From assembly GCA_016432485.1 (NCBI GenBank), contig CP066691.1, positions 740,944 to 804,943 of the forward strand: a DNA stretch of 64,000 bases. Reading direction: 5' to 3'. How positions within the stretch are numbered: the first letter of the stretch is position 1; each line of letters opens with the position of its first letter. The stretch comes from Candidatus Niyogibacteria bacterium. Its GTDB lineage: Bacteria; Patescibacteriota; Minisyncoccia; HO2-45-28. The notes under the pieces were generated by a model, which ran no database searches, was not told the DNA's origin, and was given only the letters and a program-made list of their open reading frames with translations. Of this stretch, positions 47,407 through 56,879 are shown piece after piece. Made by a program: the position numbers and the translations under genes.

Positions 47407-48315
47407 ATGCTGATTATACGTTTTAGAAAAATTTTATACGCGTTTTCAGCAGTCGTTTTGGCGATAAGCTTATTCGGTATTTTAGCTTTTGGATTCAGGT
47501 CCGGAGTCGATTTTTCCGGCGGGTCTATTTTAGAAGTGGAGTTTTTGGAAGAGCGCCCCGATATTTCTTTTTTGGAGGCGGATATATCGGCGCTGAATTT
47601 GGCGGCATTCAGAATTCAGCCTACCGGCGACAAGGGTTTAATCATAAGATTCGGCGATACTTCAAACGAAAGCCGCGAAATTCTGCTACAAACTTTATCC
47701 GCGGGCAAAGATCCCGCGTCGGTTTTGACTGAACGCAGGTTTGACGCCGTGGGTCCGGCCATAGGTTCTGAACTAAGAAAAAACGCCGTTATTTCAATAA
47801 TTCTGGTGATAATTTTAATTCTTGGTTTTGTTAGCTGGGCATTTCGTCATGTTTCAAAACCTGTGGCCAGCTGGAAGTACGGGATGGTGGCGATTATCGC
47901 TTTAGCGCATGACATAGCAGTGCCGGCCGGACTTTTCGCGTATCTCGGGCGTTTTTACGGGGCTGAAGTTGATGCGCTTTTCGTAACCGCGCTTTTGACC
48001 ATCCTGGGTTTTTCCGTGCACGATACCATAGTGGTTTTTGACCGCATACGCGAAAACCTCCGCAAAGCCGAAGGCCGCGGAGAATTTGAAGATATTGTCG
48101 GAAAAAGTTTAAACGAGACATTCGGCCGGTCTTTGGCTACATCGTTCGCGCTGTTTTTGGTTTTGTTCTCTCTTTTTTGGCTCGGGGCCGGAGCCACCCG
48201 TTATTTTGCTCTGACTTTGCTGGTCGGAGTTGTTGCCGGCACTTATTCTTCAATATGCCTCGCCAGCCCCCTTTTAGTCACGTGGCATAAATTCTCCGGC
48301 AAGAAAAATATTTGA
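47407..48315 (+). CDS. secF: Protein translocase SecF
   Basis: GVDFSGG, VGP.IG.EL, GFSVHDTIVVFDRIREN, GTYSS. Confidence 0.95.
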   Translation: MLIIRFRKILYAFSAVVLAISLFGILAFGFRSGVDFSGGSILEVEFLEERPDISFLEADISALNLAAFRIQPTGDKGLIIRFGDTSNESREILLQTLSAGKDPASVLTERRFDAVGPAIGSELRKNAVISIILVIILILGFVSWAFRHVSKPVASWKYGMVAIIALAHDIAVPAGLFAYLGRFYGAEVDALFVTALLTILGFSVHDTIVVFDRIRENLRKAEGRGEFEDIVGKSLNETFGRSLATSFALFLVLFSLFWLGAGATRYFALTLLVGVVAGTYSSICLASPLLVTWHKFSGKKNI

Positions 48316-48360
48316 CAAGGGCCTTTTAAGGGTTTTCTATTAAGTTAGAGATTTTTAACT

Positions 48361-49278
48361 TTGGAGGACGCTGCTTTGCTCTTCTACGCCGGGCTTTCGG
48401 TTTTGGTTTTGGCGGGTCTTGCGGTTTGGCGCGGAATTTATCTGATAAACAAATTCACCTTTCGCGATCTCAAAAAGCTTTTTTTGAAAATAGAGGAATA
48501 CGATAAAGAAGGCATCGGCGTTTTAATTAATGTCGCCGCCGAAAATTGCCGCAGCGAAAAAGAAGCCGGCTTTTTACTGAGGTCTTACTTTTTGATTTTA
48601 AGTATTCTGAACGGCTCGGGAGGGATGAAAAACGGCCATATAAGCGTTAAACCCTCGTCCTTTGTTTTATCAGGATGGCCCGCAGAAAAGAAAAAGGAAA
48701 AATTTGAAGCCGCGCTTTCTCAGCTTGCCGATTTTGCCGGAAAAAGAAATCGCAGGGTGTGGCTGGATGAGGAACGTTCAGCCGATGAAGAATGGGTTGA
48801 ACCGGTTAAGCGCGCTCTGGTCTGCGATAGGGGTATAACCAATCTGTCTTGGCGAATCAGATGTTACCGCAGGGACGCTTTCCGGCGCATCACAGAATAT
48901 GTTAATTGGCATAAGCAAGGAGCCAGTTTCAGCATCGGACTTTGCCGGGGCGCCTATCCCGAAGACGGGGAATTGGATGAAAATGAAACTGCCGAAAATA
49001 TTTTAAGATGCGCCCGACTTTTGGCTGATAATTCAATTGATTGCGTCATCGCTTCACATACGGCAATTAAACCGATTACAAACGCGAAAAGCGGAACTTT
49101 TTCACTGCACATGCTGCATGGCCGAGAAGAAGTTGATACGGCATTGAAATCCATTTTAGTTAAAGAATTGGCAAAAAGTCGGGGGGTCTACATGATTTAC
49201 GGAAGAAGTTTACGTTCCCTTCTGCCATATGTTTTGCGCCGTTTACTGGAAAAGCCGGCCCTTTTTTGGACCCAGTAG
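48361..49278 (+). CDS. Divergent proline dehydrogenase-like protein
   Basis: SVKPS, LDEE, LCRGAY.E, IASH, MLHG, Y..YG, Y..RRL.E. Confidence 0.7.
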   Translation: MEDAALLFYAGLSVLVLAGLAVWRGIYLINKFTFRDLKKLFLKIEEYDKEGIGVLINVAAENCRSEKEAGFLLRSYFLILSILNGSGGMKNGHISVKPSSFVLSGWPAEKKKEKFEAALSQLADFAGKRNRRVWLDEERSADEEWVEPVKRALVCDRGITNLSWRIRCYRRDAFRRITEYVNWHKQGASFSIGLCRGAYPEDGELDENETAENILRCARLLADNSIDCVIASHTAIKPITNAKSGTFSLHMLHGREEVDTALKSILVKELAKSRGVYMIYGRSLRSLLPYVLRRLLEKPALFWTQ

Positions 49279-49449
49279 TGAAAAATGGCATAGTGAGTCG
49301 CGGCATCTAAATAAAGATTATGATACACAGCCGCAATGCCATTTTCTACTAACGGGGTGGGGGGCTTGACATATAAGAGGCGTGATGCTATAATACAAGT
49401 ATTGAAAAGAGTGGAGTTTCGTAACCCATTCCAACAACAAGGAGGAAAG

Positions 49450-49689
49450 ATGGGAAAATCAATATCGTTGTTTGTGACAGAAGGGACGGAAGACGGCCTT
49501 GGAAAGCATTCTGCCGACGAAAGCGGAGAAACGCCCCTCGCTCGCGGGATCGGGTTCAAGCCCCCGGGCTACACGGGGGGAAGATTGTTTCGTCCGGGAC
49601 CTGGAGGCACGGTGGAGCCGGTTTCCGATCGGTCCCCCAAGTCCGAGCGAACCGTTTCGCGAAGGATCACGACCCCGTCCTTCAAGTAG
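49450..49689 (+). CDS. Small GC-rich hypothetical protein
   Basis: SD ggagg; upstream TTGACA-17-TATAAT; downstream hairpin. Confidence 0.45.
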   Translation: MGKSISLFVTEGTEDGLGKHSADESGETPLARGIGFKPPGYTGGRLFRPGPGGTVEPVSDRSPKSERTVSRRITTPSFK

Positions 49690-49835
49690 GGCGCGGTCAC
49701 GGTGAAGTGCCCCCCGAGAAGTTTTCGGGGGGCGCGTTTTTTAAATTTATAATTTATAAAGGGGGAATATTATTTTTGATTTGACCCCTTGACTTGACAG
49801 AAAAATCGCTGTAAGCTAGGATTGAATTAAATATT

Positions 49836-50861
49836 ATGGTCAAGACCGGTAATAATTTTGAGGATTTATCAAAGTCAATGCTAAAGGAGCTGTCGGGCAG
49901 AGCGCGCGATGTTATTGAGCGTCGTTTCGGCATAGGCAGCCGTTCCAAAAAGCAGACCTTAGAATCAATAGGCGGGCTCTATAAAATAACCCGCGAGCGC
50001 GTTAGACAAATTGAAGCCGCGGCTATCGGTAAAATTAGAAATTCCGAGGTCTTTTCCGCTTCCAAAGAACTTTTTGCCGATTTGGAAAAAGAGTTTAACC
50101 TTAGGGATAAGGTATGGCGTGAAGACGAAGTTCTGGCTCATTTTGCCGGCAATGATTCCGGGAAGAATTATGTTTACTTTTTCTTATCGCTGGGACGCCC
50201 TTTTGAAAGGATTGGGGCGGATAATGAATTTTATCACCGCTGGACAAATGACGCGGCGGGGGTTGCCGAAGTTGAGAAAACTATAAAAAATTTTTGCAGA
50301 GGATTAGGAGAGGAGCCTTTGAATCGCGAGGAGATAGCTGATAAATTCAAAAAACATGTCGAATCGGATTTGAGCCGGAAGATTTCAGCTGATGCTGTTT
50401 TTTCATGGCTCGGCGTGTCAAAAAATATAAATTCAAACAATTTTGGCGAGTGGGGGCTCACAAGTTCTCCTTTGGTCAAGCCTTCGGGCATGCGCGATTT
50501 CGCTTATTTGGTTTTAAGAAAGCATGGTTCCCCTTTGCATTTTCGCGAAGTGGCTTCGCGCATTGAAGGCCTGGCCAATAAAAGAGCCCATGTCCAGACG
50601 GTTCATAATGAGCTGATTAAAGACAGACGTTTTGTGCTTGTCGGCCGCGGGCTTTACGCGCTTGCCAGCTGGGGCTATCAGCCCGGAACCGTAAAGGACA
50701 TCATTAAATCCATTTTGGAAAAACAGGGTCCGTCTTCAAAGGAGGAGCTGGTTAAATTGGTAAAGCAAGAGAGGCACGTTAAAGACAATACCATTTTCAT
50801 AAATCTTCAAAACAAGGCTCGCTTCAAAAGACTTCCCGACGGGCGGTTTCATGTGGCATAA
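49836..50861 (+). CDS. Sigma70 region-4 HTH plus C-terminal HTH (HARE/delta-like) protein
   Basis: 'RRFG...TLESIG...ITRERVRQIE'; 'PLHFREVA...TVHNELIKD.RFVLVGRG.YAL..WG'. Confidence 0.75.
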   Translation: MVKTGNNFEDLSKSMLKELSGRARDVIERRFGIGSRSKKQTLESIGGLYKITRERVRQIEAAAIGKIRNSEVFSASKELFADLEKEFNLRDKVWREDEVLAHFAGNDSGKNYVYFFLSLGRPFERIGADNEFYHRWTNDAAGVAEVEKTIKNFCRGLGEEPLNREEIADKFKKHVESDLSRKISADAVFSWLGVSKNINSNNFGEWGLTSSPLVKPSGMRDFAYLVLRKHGSPLHFREVASRIEGLANKRAHVQTVHNELIKDRRFVLVGRGLYALASWGYQPGTVKDIIKSILEKQGPSSKEELVKLVKQERHVKDNTIFINLQNKARFKRLPDGRFHVA

Positions 50862-50869
50862 TATAAGTA

Positions 50870-52213
50870 ATGCCGCAGATTAGGGAATCTTTTTATCTTT
50901 TATATCAGACAGCTTTGCTTCCCGGTTTTAAAGTAATCGCCAGATTATGGTGGCTTTGGCTTTTTATTTTCTCGGTGGTTCTGGTTAAGAATATGATCCG
51001 CTATTGGCGGACTCTTGTTTATAGAAAAGACATGCGTTGGGTTCTTCTTGAAATTTTGATTCCGCGCGAAGTCAGGAAGTCTCCCAAGGCGATGGAACAG
51101 ATTTTCAGTCAGATTTACAGTCTGCGCAATTCTGCCGAAAACTGGAGTGAAAAATATGTTGAAGGCGAAGTTACGGCCTGGTGGAGCTTTGAAATAGCCA
51201 GTTTCGGCGGCGAGATTCATCTTTTTATCCGCACGCTCGCGAAATATAAAAATATAATTGAGTCAAACATCTATTCCGTATATAACGACGCCGAAGTGGT
51301 GGAATCGGCCGATTACGTTGACCGTTTGCCGGCAAAAACTACGGATATTTACAAAATGGGCATGGATTTGTTCGGGTTGGAATTGGCTTTGGGCCGGGAA
51401 GACGCTTATCCTATTAAAACCTATCCCGAATTTGAAAATATGGAGGAAGAAAGGTCGCTTGACCCTTTGTCTAACCTTATTGAGGTTTTGTCAAAAATAA
51501 AAAAAGAAGAACAGTTGTGGCTGCAATTGGTCGTGAGGCCGGTTGACCCAGCCGGAGATTACCAAAAGAAAGGCCGGAAATTAGTGAAAGAAATGAAGGA
51601 AAAAACAGTTGGCAAAGCTAAGGTCATCGGAAGCGACAAAGACACGGTTATGATTTCACGCACTCCGGGTGAGATTGAAGTCATTGAAACAGTTGAAAAA
51701 AATCTGGCCAAAGCCGCTTTTGAAACCGTCATACGCTATATTTATTTATCGCCGCGCTCTATTTTTAACCGCAATCTGCCTTATCGCGGGGTGCGCGGAG
51801 CGTTCGCCCAGTACTCCACTCAGAATATGAATTATTTTATTCCCAATATCCCGACCAGAACAATGGTCTGGTGGGGCAAACCGCCGTTTCTTTTCCCGAA
51901 AAAGCGCGAGGAAGCCCGCAAACAAAGAATTCTGCAAAGTTACCGCAATCGCGCTTTGCCGGAAGAAATGCTCATTGGCAAAATTTTTAATTCCCAAATT
52001 TTTTATTTTGACAAGAAGTCGCGTATCAGCGTTTTCAACACCGAATCTTTAGCGACATTGTTTCACCTGCCGTCTTTTTTGGTTTTAACCGCGCCCTTTA
52101 TTAAAAGAGTGGAAGCCAAGCGCCTTGGTCCTCCGGCCGGCCTTCAGATTTTCGGCGGGGAGGAAGACGTGCCCGGACTTAAAGTGTCGGAAGGAAATAA
52201 AAACGGTAAATAA
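50870..52213 (+). CDS. Conserved CPR-type membrane-anchored protein associated with VirD4-like ATPases
   Basis: 'LLEI.IPRE..KSPKAMEQ', 'SFEIAS', 'PIKTY', 'LATLFHLP'. Confidence 0.65.
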   Translation: MPQIRESFYLLYQTALLPGFKVIARLWWLWLFIFSVVLVKNMIRYWRTLVYRKDMRWVLLEILIPREVRKSPKAMEQIFSQIYSLRNSAENWSEKYVEGEVTAWWSFEIASFGGEIHLFIRTLAKYKNIIESNIYSVYNDAEVVESADYVDRLPAKTTDIYKMGMDLFGLELALGREDAYPIKTYPEFENMEEERSLDPLSNLIEVLSKIKKEEQLWLQLVVRPVDPAGDYQKKGRKLVKEMKEKTVGKAKVIGSDKDTVMISRTPGEIEVIETVEKNLAKAAFETVIRYIYLSPRSIFNRNLPYRGVRGAFAQYSTQNMNYFIPNIPTRTMVWWGKPPFLFPKKREEARKQRILQSYRNRALPEEMLIGKIFNSQIFYFDKKSRISVFNTESLATLFHLPSFLVLTAPFIKRVEAKRLGPPAGLQIFGGEEDVPGLKVSEGNKNGK

Positions 52214-52216
52214 TAT

Positions 52217-52738
52217 ATGGATTTTTTGAACGCTGCTTTTTGGTCCAAGATTTATACGGCAGTTCAGGACGTTTTAGCGATTCTGTCTTTTATATTTCTT
52301 GCGGTATCTATCTTTGTTTTTGTAAAAATATGGCCCTTAAGACAGCGGCTTTACGTCTTTGAAGGACACCGGGCTAACCGTGCTCCGCAAAAGCAAGTTT
52401 CTTTTGAAGATGAGCAAAGACGCGCTAACCGCCGCAAGTGGGACGCCATAATCAAAAAAGCCGAAACCGCGGGTTCCCGGGGGTATCCGATGGCTATTAT
52501 TGAAGCCGACATATTGCTTGAAGACGTTATGGGCCGGATGGGGTTTTTAGGCAAGAATTTAGCCGAACGTCTGCGTTCTTTAGCTCCGGGGGAATTGCCG
52601 AGTTCCAACTCTGTCTGGGAAGCTCATAAGCTTCGCAATAAAATCGCCCACGAACCGGATTTTCATCCAAGCCGTGAAGAGACAACGCGCACGCTCGGCG
52701 CTTACAAAAAAGCTCTGGAAGAATTAAAAGTCATCTAA
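52217..52738 (+). CDS. Single-TM protein with HEPN-like 'RNKIAH' motif
   Basis: 'AIIEAD...WEAHKLRNKIAHE'. Confidence 0.6.
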   Translation: MDFLNAAFWSKIYTAVQDVLAILSFIFLAVSIFVFVKIWPLRQRLYVFEGHRANRAPQKQVSFEDEQRRANRRKWDAIIKKAETAGSRGYPMAIIEADILLEDVMGRMGFLGKNLAERLRSLAPGELPSSNSVWEAHKLRNKIAHEPDFHPSREETTRTLGAYKKALEELKVI

Positions 52739-52748
52739 TAAGTGAAAC

Positions 52749-54233
52749 GTGGCACGAGAAGGAAAAATCCAGATAATAAAATATGCTCCGCCGCCGCCGG
52801 AACTTCCGGTCTATAAGCAAGTTGACCCGAAAGAGGCCGTTTTTTTCGGACGCACCAATTACGTAGCCGGACTTGAGGAAAAGCGGTTCATATTCGGTAT
52901 CAAGCGAAGAGACCGCCGGCGCCATATGTATATAATCGGAAAATCGGGCGTCGGAAAAAGCAAGCTTTTGGAATTGATGTTAAGGCAGGATATTCAATAC
53001 GGCCATGGCGTTTGCTTGATTGATCCGCATGGAGACGTCATAGAAGAGGTCTTAAAATTTATTCCTGAAGAGCGCGTTAGAGACACCATTTTAGTTGATC
53101 CGTCCGATACTGCCTGGCCGATTTCTTTTAATCCGCTACAGAATATAAATCCGGAATTGAAACATCAGGTGGCTCAAGGCCTGATTGAAGTTATGGAAAA
53201 ACAATTCGGCGCGAATTGGACCCCCAGGCTTGAGCACGTTTTTCGTTTTACTGTTCTTGCTCTTCTTGATTTTCCAATGGCGACTATGCGCGGAATGATT
53301 TCAATGCTCGTGGATCGTAAATACCGTCAAAAGGTTGTTGAGTATATTGAAGACGAAATGGTCAAGCGTTTTTGGGCGATTGAATTTGCCGATTGGTCCG
53401 AAAAATTTGATACCGAAGCGATCATTCCGCTAGTCAATAAACTCGGCCAGTTTTTGGCCAATCCTTATCTGCGCTACATTTTTGGTCAGCGCGAAAATAA
53501 AGTTGACCTTGAGCGCGCGATGAACGAGAAAAAAATTCTTTTAATCAATCTTTCAAGAGGAAGGCTTGGAGAGGAAAATTCAAGTTTTTTGGGTTCAATG
53601 TTTATCACTAAAATAAAGCAAGCCGGAATGGCGCGCGCGTCAATGTCCGAGGAAGATCGCGAAGATTTTTATCTATACGTAGATGAGTTTCATAATTTGG
53701 TTACGGCCACATTTGTTAACATTTTTTCCGAAGCCAGAAAATACGGAGTTTCTTTGACGGTGGCCCATCAGTTTTTCGGCCAGCTTATTCAGCATGTTCG
53801 CGAATCAGTAATCGGTAATGTCGGCACTATGGTTGTTTTCAGAGTCGGCGGTGACGACGCGGCGAAGCTGGAAGCGGAGATGACGCCGGTATTCAAAGCA
53901 AAAGATATGGTTAATCTCGGCACTCAGCAATTTTACATAAAAATGACTATTGACGGCGACACCTATGACCCGTTTTCCGCCGAAACTTTGAAAGTTTTAC
54001 CGCCGGTCCACAAGTCTTTCAAAGACGAAATAATTAAATTCAGCCGCGAGAATTATGCCGCTCCGGCCGAAGAAGTGAAAAGAAAAATTCTTGAAGAAGA
54101 AAACGAACTTTTGGGGCTTGCCTCCGCGCCCGGGAAAACACTCGGTGTTGAGACCTTAAAAACACCGGGTGTTGAGTGGGGCGCGGTCAAAGAATCCGCT
54201 CTTCCCGATTCACCTCCCGAACCGATAGTATAA
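52749..54233 (+). CDS. VirD4/TraD/HerA-like ATPase (type IV coupling-protein fold)
   Basis: HMYIIGKSGVGKS, IDPHGD, LYVDEF, SEARKY, AHQ. Confidence 0.85.
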   Translation: MAREGKIQIIKYAPPPPELPVYKQVDPKEAVFFGRTNYVAGLEEKRFIFGIKRRDRRRHMYIIGKSGVGKSKLLELMLRQDIQYGHGVCLIDPHGDVIEEVLKFIPEERVRDTILVDPSDTAWPISFNPLQNINPELKHQVAQGLIEVMEKQFGANWTPRLEHVFRFTVLALLDFPMATMRGMISMLVDRKYRQKVVEYIEDEMVKRFWAIEFADWSEKFDTEAIIPLVNKLGQFLANPYLRYIFGQRENKVDLERAMNEKKILLINLSRGRLGEENSSFLGSMFITKIKQAGMARASMSEEDREDFYLYVDEFHNLVTATFVNIFSEARKYGVSLTVAHQFFGQLIQHVRESVIGNVGTMVVFRVGGDDAAKLEAEMTPVFKAKDMVNLGTQQFYIKMTIDGDTYDPFSAETLKVLPPVHKSFKDEIIKFSRENYAAPAEEVKRKILEEENELLGLASAPGKTLGVETLKTPGVEWGAVKESALPDSPPEPIV

Positions 54234-54435
54234 TAAATTTCCCTCTGTTCAATATGGGTAGATTGAACATTAGAGCTAAAAATCCTTATTTTAAGCCATT
54301 TTTTAGCTTTTTGGTGTTGCGAAGCTATTGAACCATTGCAAGAGCTTGACGAGATGCGGTGAGGTGGTATGATGGCAACGGTTGGGACACGGTGTCCCCG
54401 CACATTAAACTATTTTTGAGAAAAGAGGAGGAACG

Positions 54436-54858
54436 ATGGACCTGGAAAAGCTGGAAGAAGTTCTTGATCAAATTTTGGAAGCGATAGGGAATGGCGCAAA
54501 CGAAGACGTAGTGAGGGATCTGTTTGATGTCCTCTATGAAGGCGTGGTTTCAGAATATCGTCCTGTTCTGAAGGTTCTCCCGCATGTGGCTGATAAGGTT
54601 GCTGCTGATTTGGTTCCCATCATACAAGTTTTTGTCAGAATATTTAATGCTGTAGAATCAGACAAAACTTTGCAGAAGGAACTCGCTGCATATAAAAACG
54701 ACCGCGCAAAGAAGCGTTTTGCCGCTCTTAAGATTTATCAGAAAGCCGGATTTACTCGTCATGAAGCAATGCAGTTGGTATTACAAGACATTGCTAATTT
54801 TAAAGCTCTGCGACAGGAGGTATCAAAGATAAAAGGACCCACCTCCTCAAAGAAGTAG
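54436..54858 (+). CDS. Hypothetical helical protein
   Basis: SD gaggagg; own promoter-like region and downstream hairpin. Confidence 0.6.
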   Translation: MDLEKLEEVLDQILEAIGNGANEDVVRDLFDVLYEGVVSEYRPVLKVLPHVADKVAADLVPIIQVFVRIFNAVESDKTLQKELAAYKNDRAKKRFAALKIYQKAGFTRHEAMQLVLQDIANFKALRQEVSKIKGPTSSKK

Positions 54859-54947
54859 AGAGGAAAAATTTTATTGCCCAACCTTTTTGGATTGGGCGAT
54901 TTTGTTTGGCATACAAATTTATATATAAATGTGGCATAATATAATTA

Positions 54948-56840
54948 ATGGCAAAAGATACGGTTTATTTCGCGAGAACGAATTTCAGAGGCGAAAATAA
55001 AATTTTCGGCATTAAGGTTTCTGACCGTCGCCAGCATACTTATATCATCGGAAAAACCGGCACCGGAAAATCGGCGCTTATCAAGAATTTCGCGATTCAG
55101 GATATTAATTCCGGAAAAGGAATTTGCGTGGTTGATCCTCACGGAGAGCTGGTTGAGGAATTGCTGTCCAGAATTCCTAAAGACCGGATTAAAGACGTCA
55201 TTTATTTCAACCCGGCCGACACCGACTTTCCTTTGGGTTTTAACGTTCTTGAAGTTCCGGATAAAAAATACAAACACCTTGTGGCGCAGGGCCTGATAGG
55301 CATATTTACTAAAATTTGGGCGAATGTCTGGTCGGCGCGCATGGAATATATTTTGCAGAATTGCATCTTGGCTTTGATTGAGACTCCGGGCACGACACTT
55401 TTGGGAATCCAAAGAATTTTGACCGACAAAGATTACCGCCAAAGGATTTTAGCTAATGTTACAGATCCGGTGGTGCGAGCTTTTTGGGTTAACGAATATG
55501 AAGTGTGGCAGGAGCGTTTTCGCAACGAAGCCATCGTGCCGATTCAAAATAAAGTCGGCCAATTCGTTTCAACGTCATTGATACGTAATATCGTCGGGCA
55601 GACCAAATCTAGCTTTGATGCTTATGAATTGATGAATGAAGGCAAAATACTGCTGGCCAATATTTCAAAGGGCCGGGTGGGGGAGGAAAACTCAATGCTT
55701 TTGGGGGCCATGCTCATAACTAAAGTCCAGCTCGCGGCAATGGAAAGGGTCAGGATCCCGGAAGAGGAACGAGAGGACTATTATCTCTATGTTGACGAGT
55801 TTCAGAACTTTGCTACTGAAGCTTTCGCGTCTATTTTGTCCGAGGCCAGAAAATACCGTTTGAATCTTATTATTGCTCATCAGTATACCGGCCAATTGGT
55901 TTCGGAAACTTCAACTAAAGTGCGCGACGCGGTTTTTGGCAACGTCGGCACGATGATCGCTTTCAGGGTCGGGGCGACGGACGCCGAATTTTTAGAAAAA
56001 GAATTTGAGCCGGAATTTACCATCCAGGACCTTGTTGATTTGCCGAACTATAATATTTATTTGAAGCTTATGGTCAACGGCGTGGCTAGCCGGCCATTTT
56101 CGGCAATTACTCTGCCGCCTCTGGAGACGACTAAAGATATGGTTTCTCCCGAGGAAATTATTGAATCTTCGCGCGAAAAATACGGCCGTCTGGTGGACGA
56201 AGTGGAGCTGGATATTAAAAAATGGAGCGGTTCTCTGCCGAGCGTTGATACTGAAAATGATAAAACCGAAGCCGAAAGTGCTGCGTCAAAAAGCGAGCGT
56301 TTCGAGACCCCCTGCTGGATTTGCAAAAAGTCGGCAACGATTCCTTTCAAGCCGGATGGCCGCCGGCCGGTTTATTGCTCGGATTGTTTGAAAAAAATTG
56401 AATCAGGCCAATTGCAGCCGCTCAGGCCGCTTCCGACATCCAGGGCGGACCGAGAGGAATTTGGGGGCAACTTGGGATTAATGGGCATTGAATTTTTAGG
56501 AAAGCCGGCCCCATCTTCTTCCGGCCGTTTTACGCAGCCGAAGACTCCGGAAAAATCAGCATCAAGAGCGGGAAATACGGGACGCCAAAGTGGCGCTATG
56601 CCGATTACAAGCGGAGGGCCGGTAATAAAAAAAACTCCGTCCGAAAAAACACTTTCGCTTGATGATTTGAAAGCCAAAGCGTGGCAGAACATGAAAAGAG
56701 ATAAAAATATTCAAATTGAAGAGTTGCGTAAGGCCTTAAAAGAAAGCATGGCTGACGAAGAAAAAAGCGAAAAAAAACCGGAAGAAGAACATTCTAAATC
56801 TAAAACGCTTAAACCCGGCGACAGCATAAAGTTCAATTAG
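54948..56840 (+). CDS. VirD4/TraD-like ATPase with C-terminal CxxC-x17-CxxC zinc domain
   Basis: GKTGTGKS, DPHGE, LYVDEFQ, SEARKY; 'CWIC...PFKPDGRRPVYCSDC'. Confidence 0.85.
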   Translation: MAKDTVYFARTNFRGENKIFGIKVSDRRQHTYIIGKTGTGKSALIKNFAIQDINSGKGICVVDPHGELVEELLSRIPKDRIKDVIYFNPADTDFPLGFNVLEVPDKKYKHLVAQGLIGIFTKIWANVWSARMEYILQNCILALIETPGTTLLGIQRILTDKDYRQRILANVTDPVVRAFWVNEYEVWQERFRNEAIVPIQNKVGQFVSTSLIRNIVGQTKSSFDAYELMNEGKILLANISKGRVGEENSMLLGAMLITKVQLAAMERVRIPEEEREDYYLYVDEFQNFATEAFASILSEARKYRLNLIIAHQYTGQLVSETSTKVRDAVFGNVGTMIAFRVGATDAEFLEKEFEPEFTIQDLVDLPNYNIYLKLMVNGVASRPFSAITLPPLETTKDMVSPEEIIESSREKYGRLVDEVELDIKKWSGSLPSVDTENDKTEAESAASKSERFETPCWICKKSATIPFKPDGRRPVYCSDCLKKIESGQLQPLRPLPTSRADREEFGGNLGLMGIEFLGKPAPSSSGRFTQPKTPEKSASRAGNTGRQSGAMPITSGGPVIKKTPSEKTLSLDDLKAKAWQNMKRDKNIQIEELRKALKESMADEEKSEKKPEEEHSKSKTLKPGDSIKFN

Positions 56841-56879
56841 ATTTGACTTTAAGGCTTGTTTTTCTTAACCTGGTTTCAT

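Noticed and set aside
52749-56840. Conjugative element/ICE
   Set aside because: No relaxase, VirB4/mating-pair genes, integrase or att sites around the ATPases
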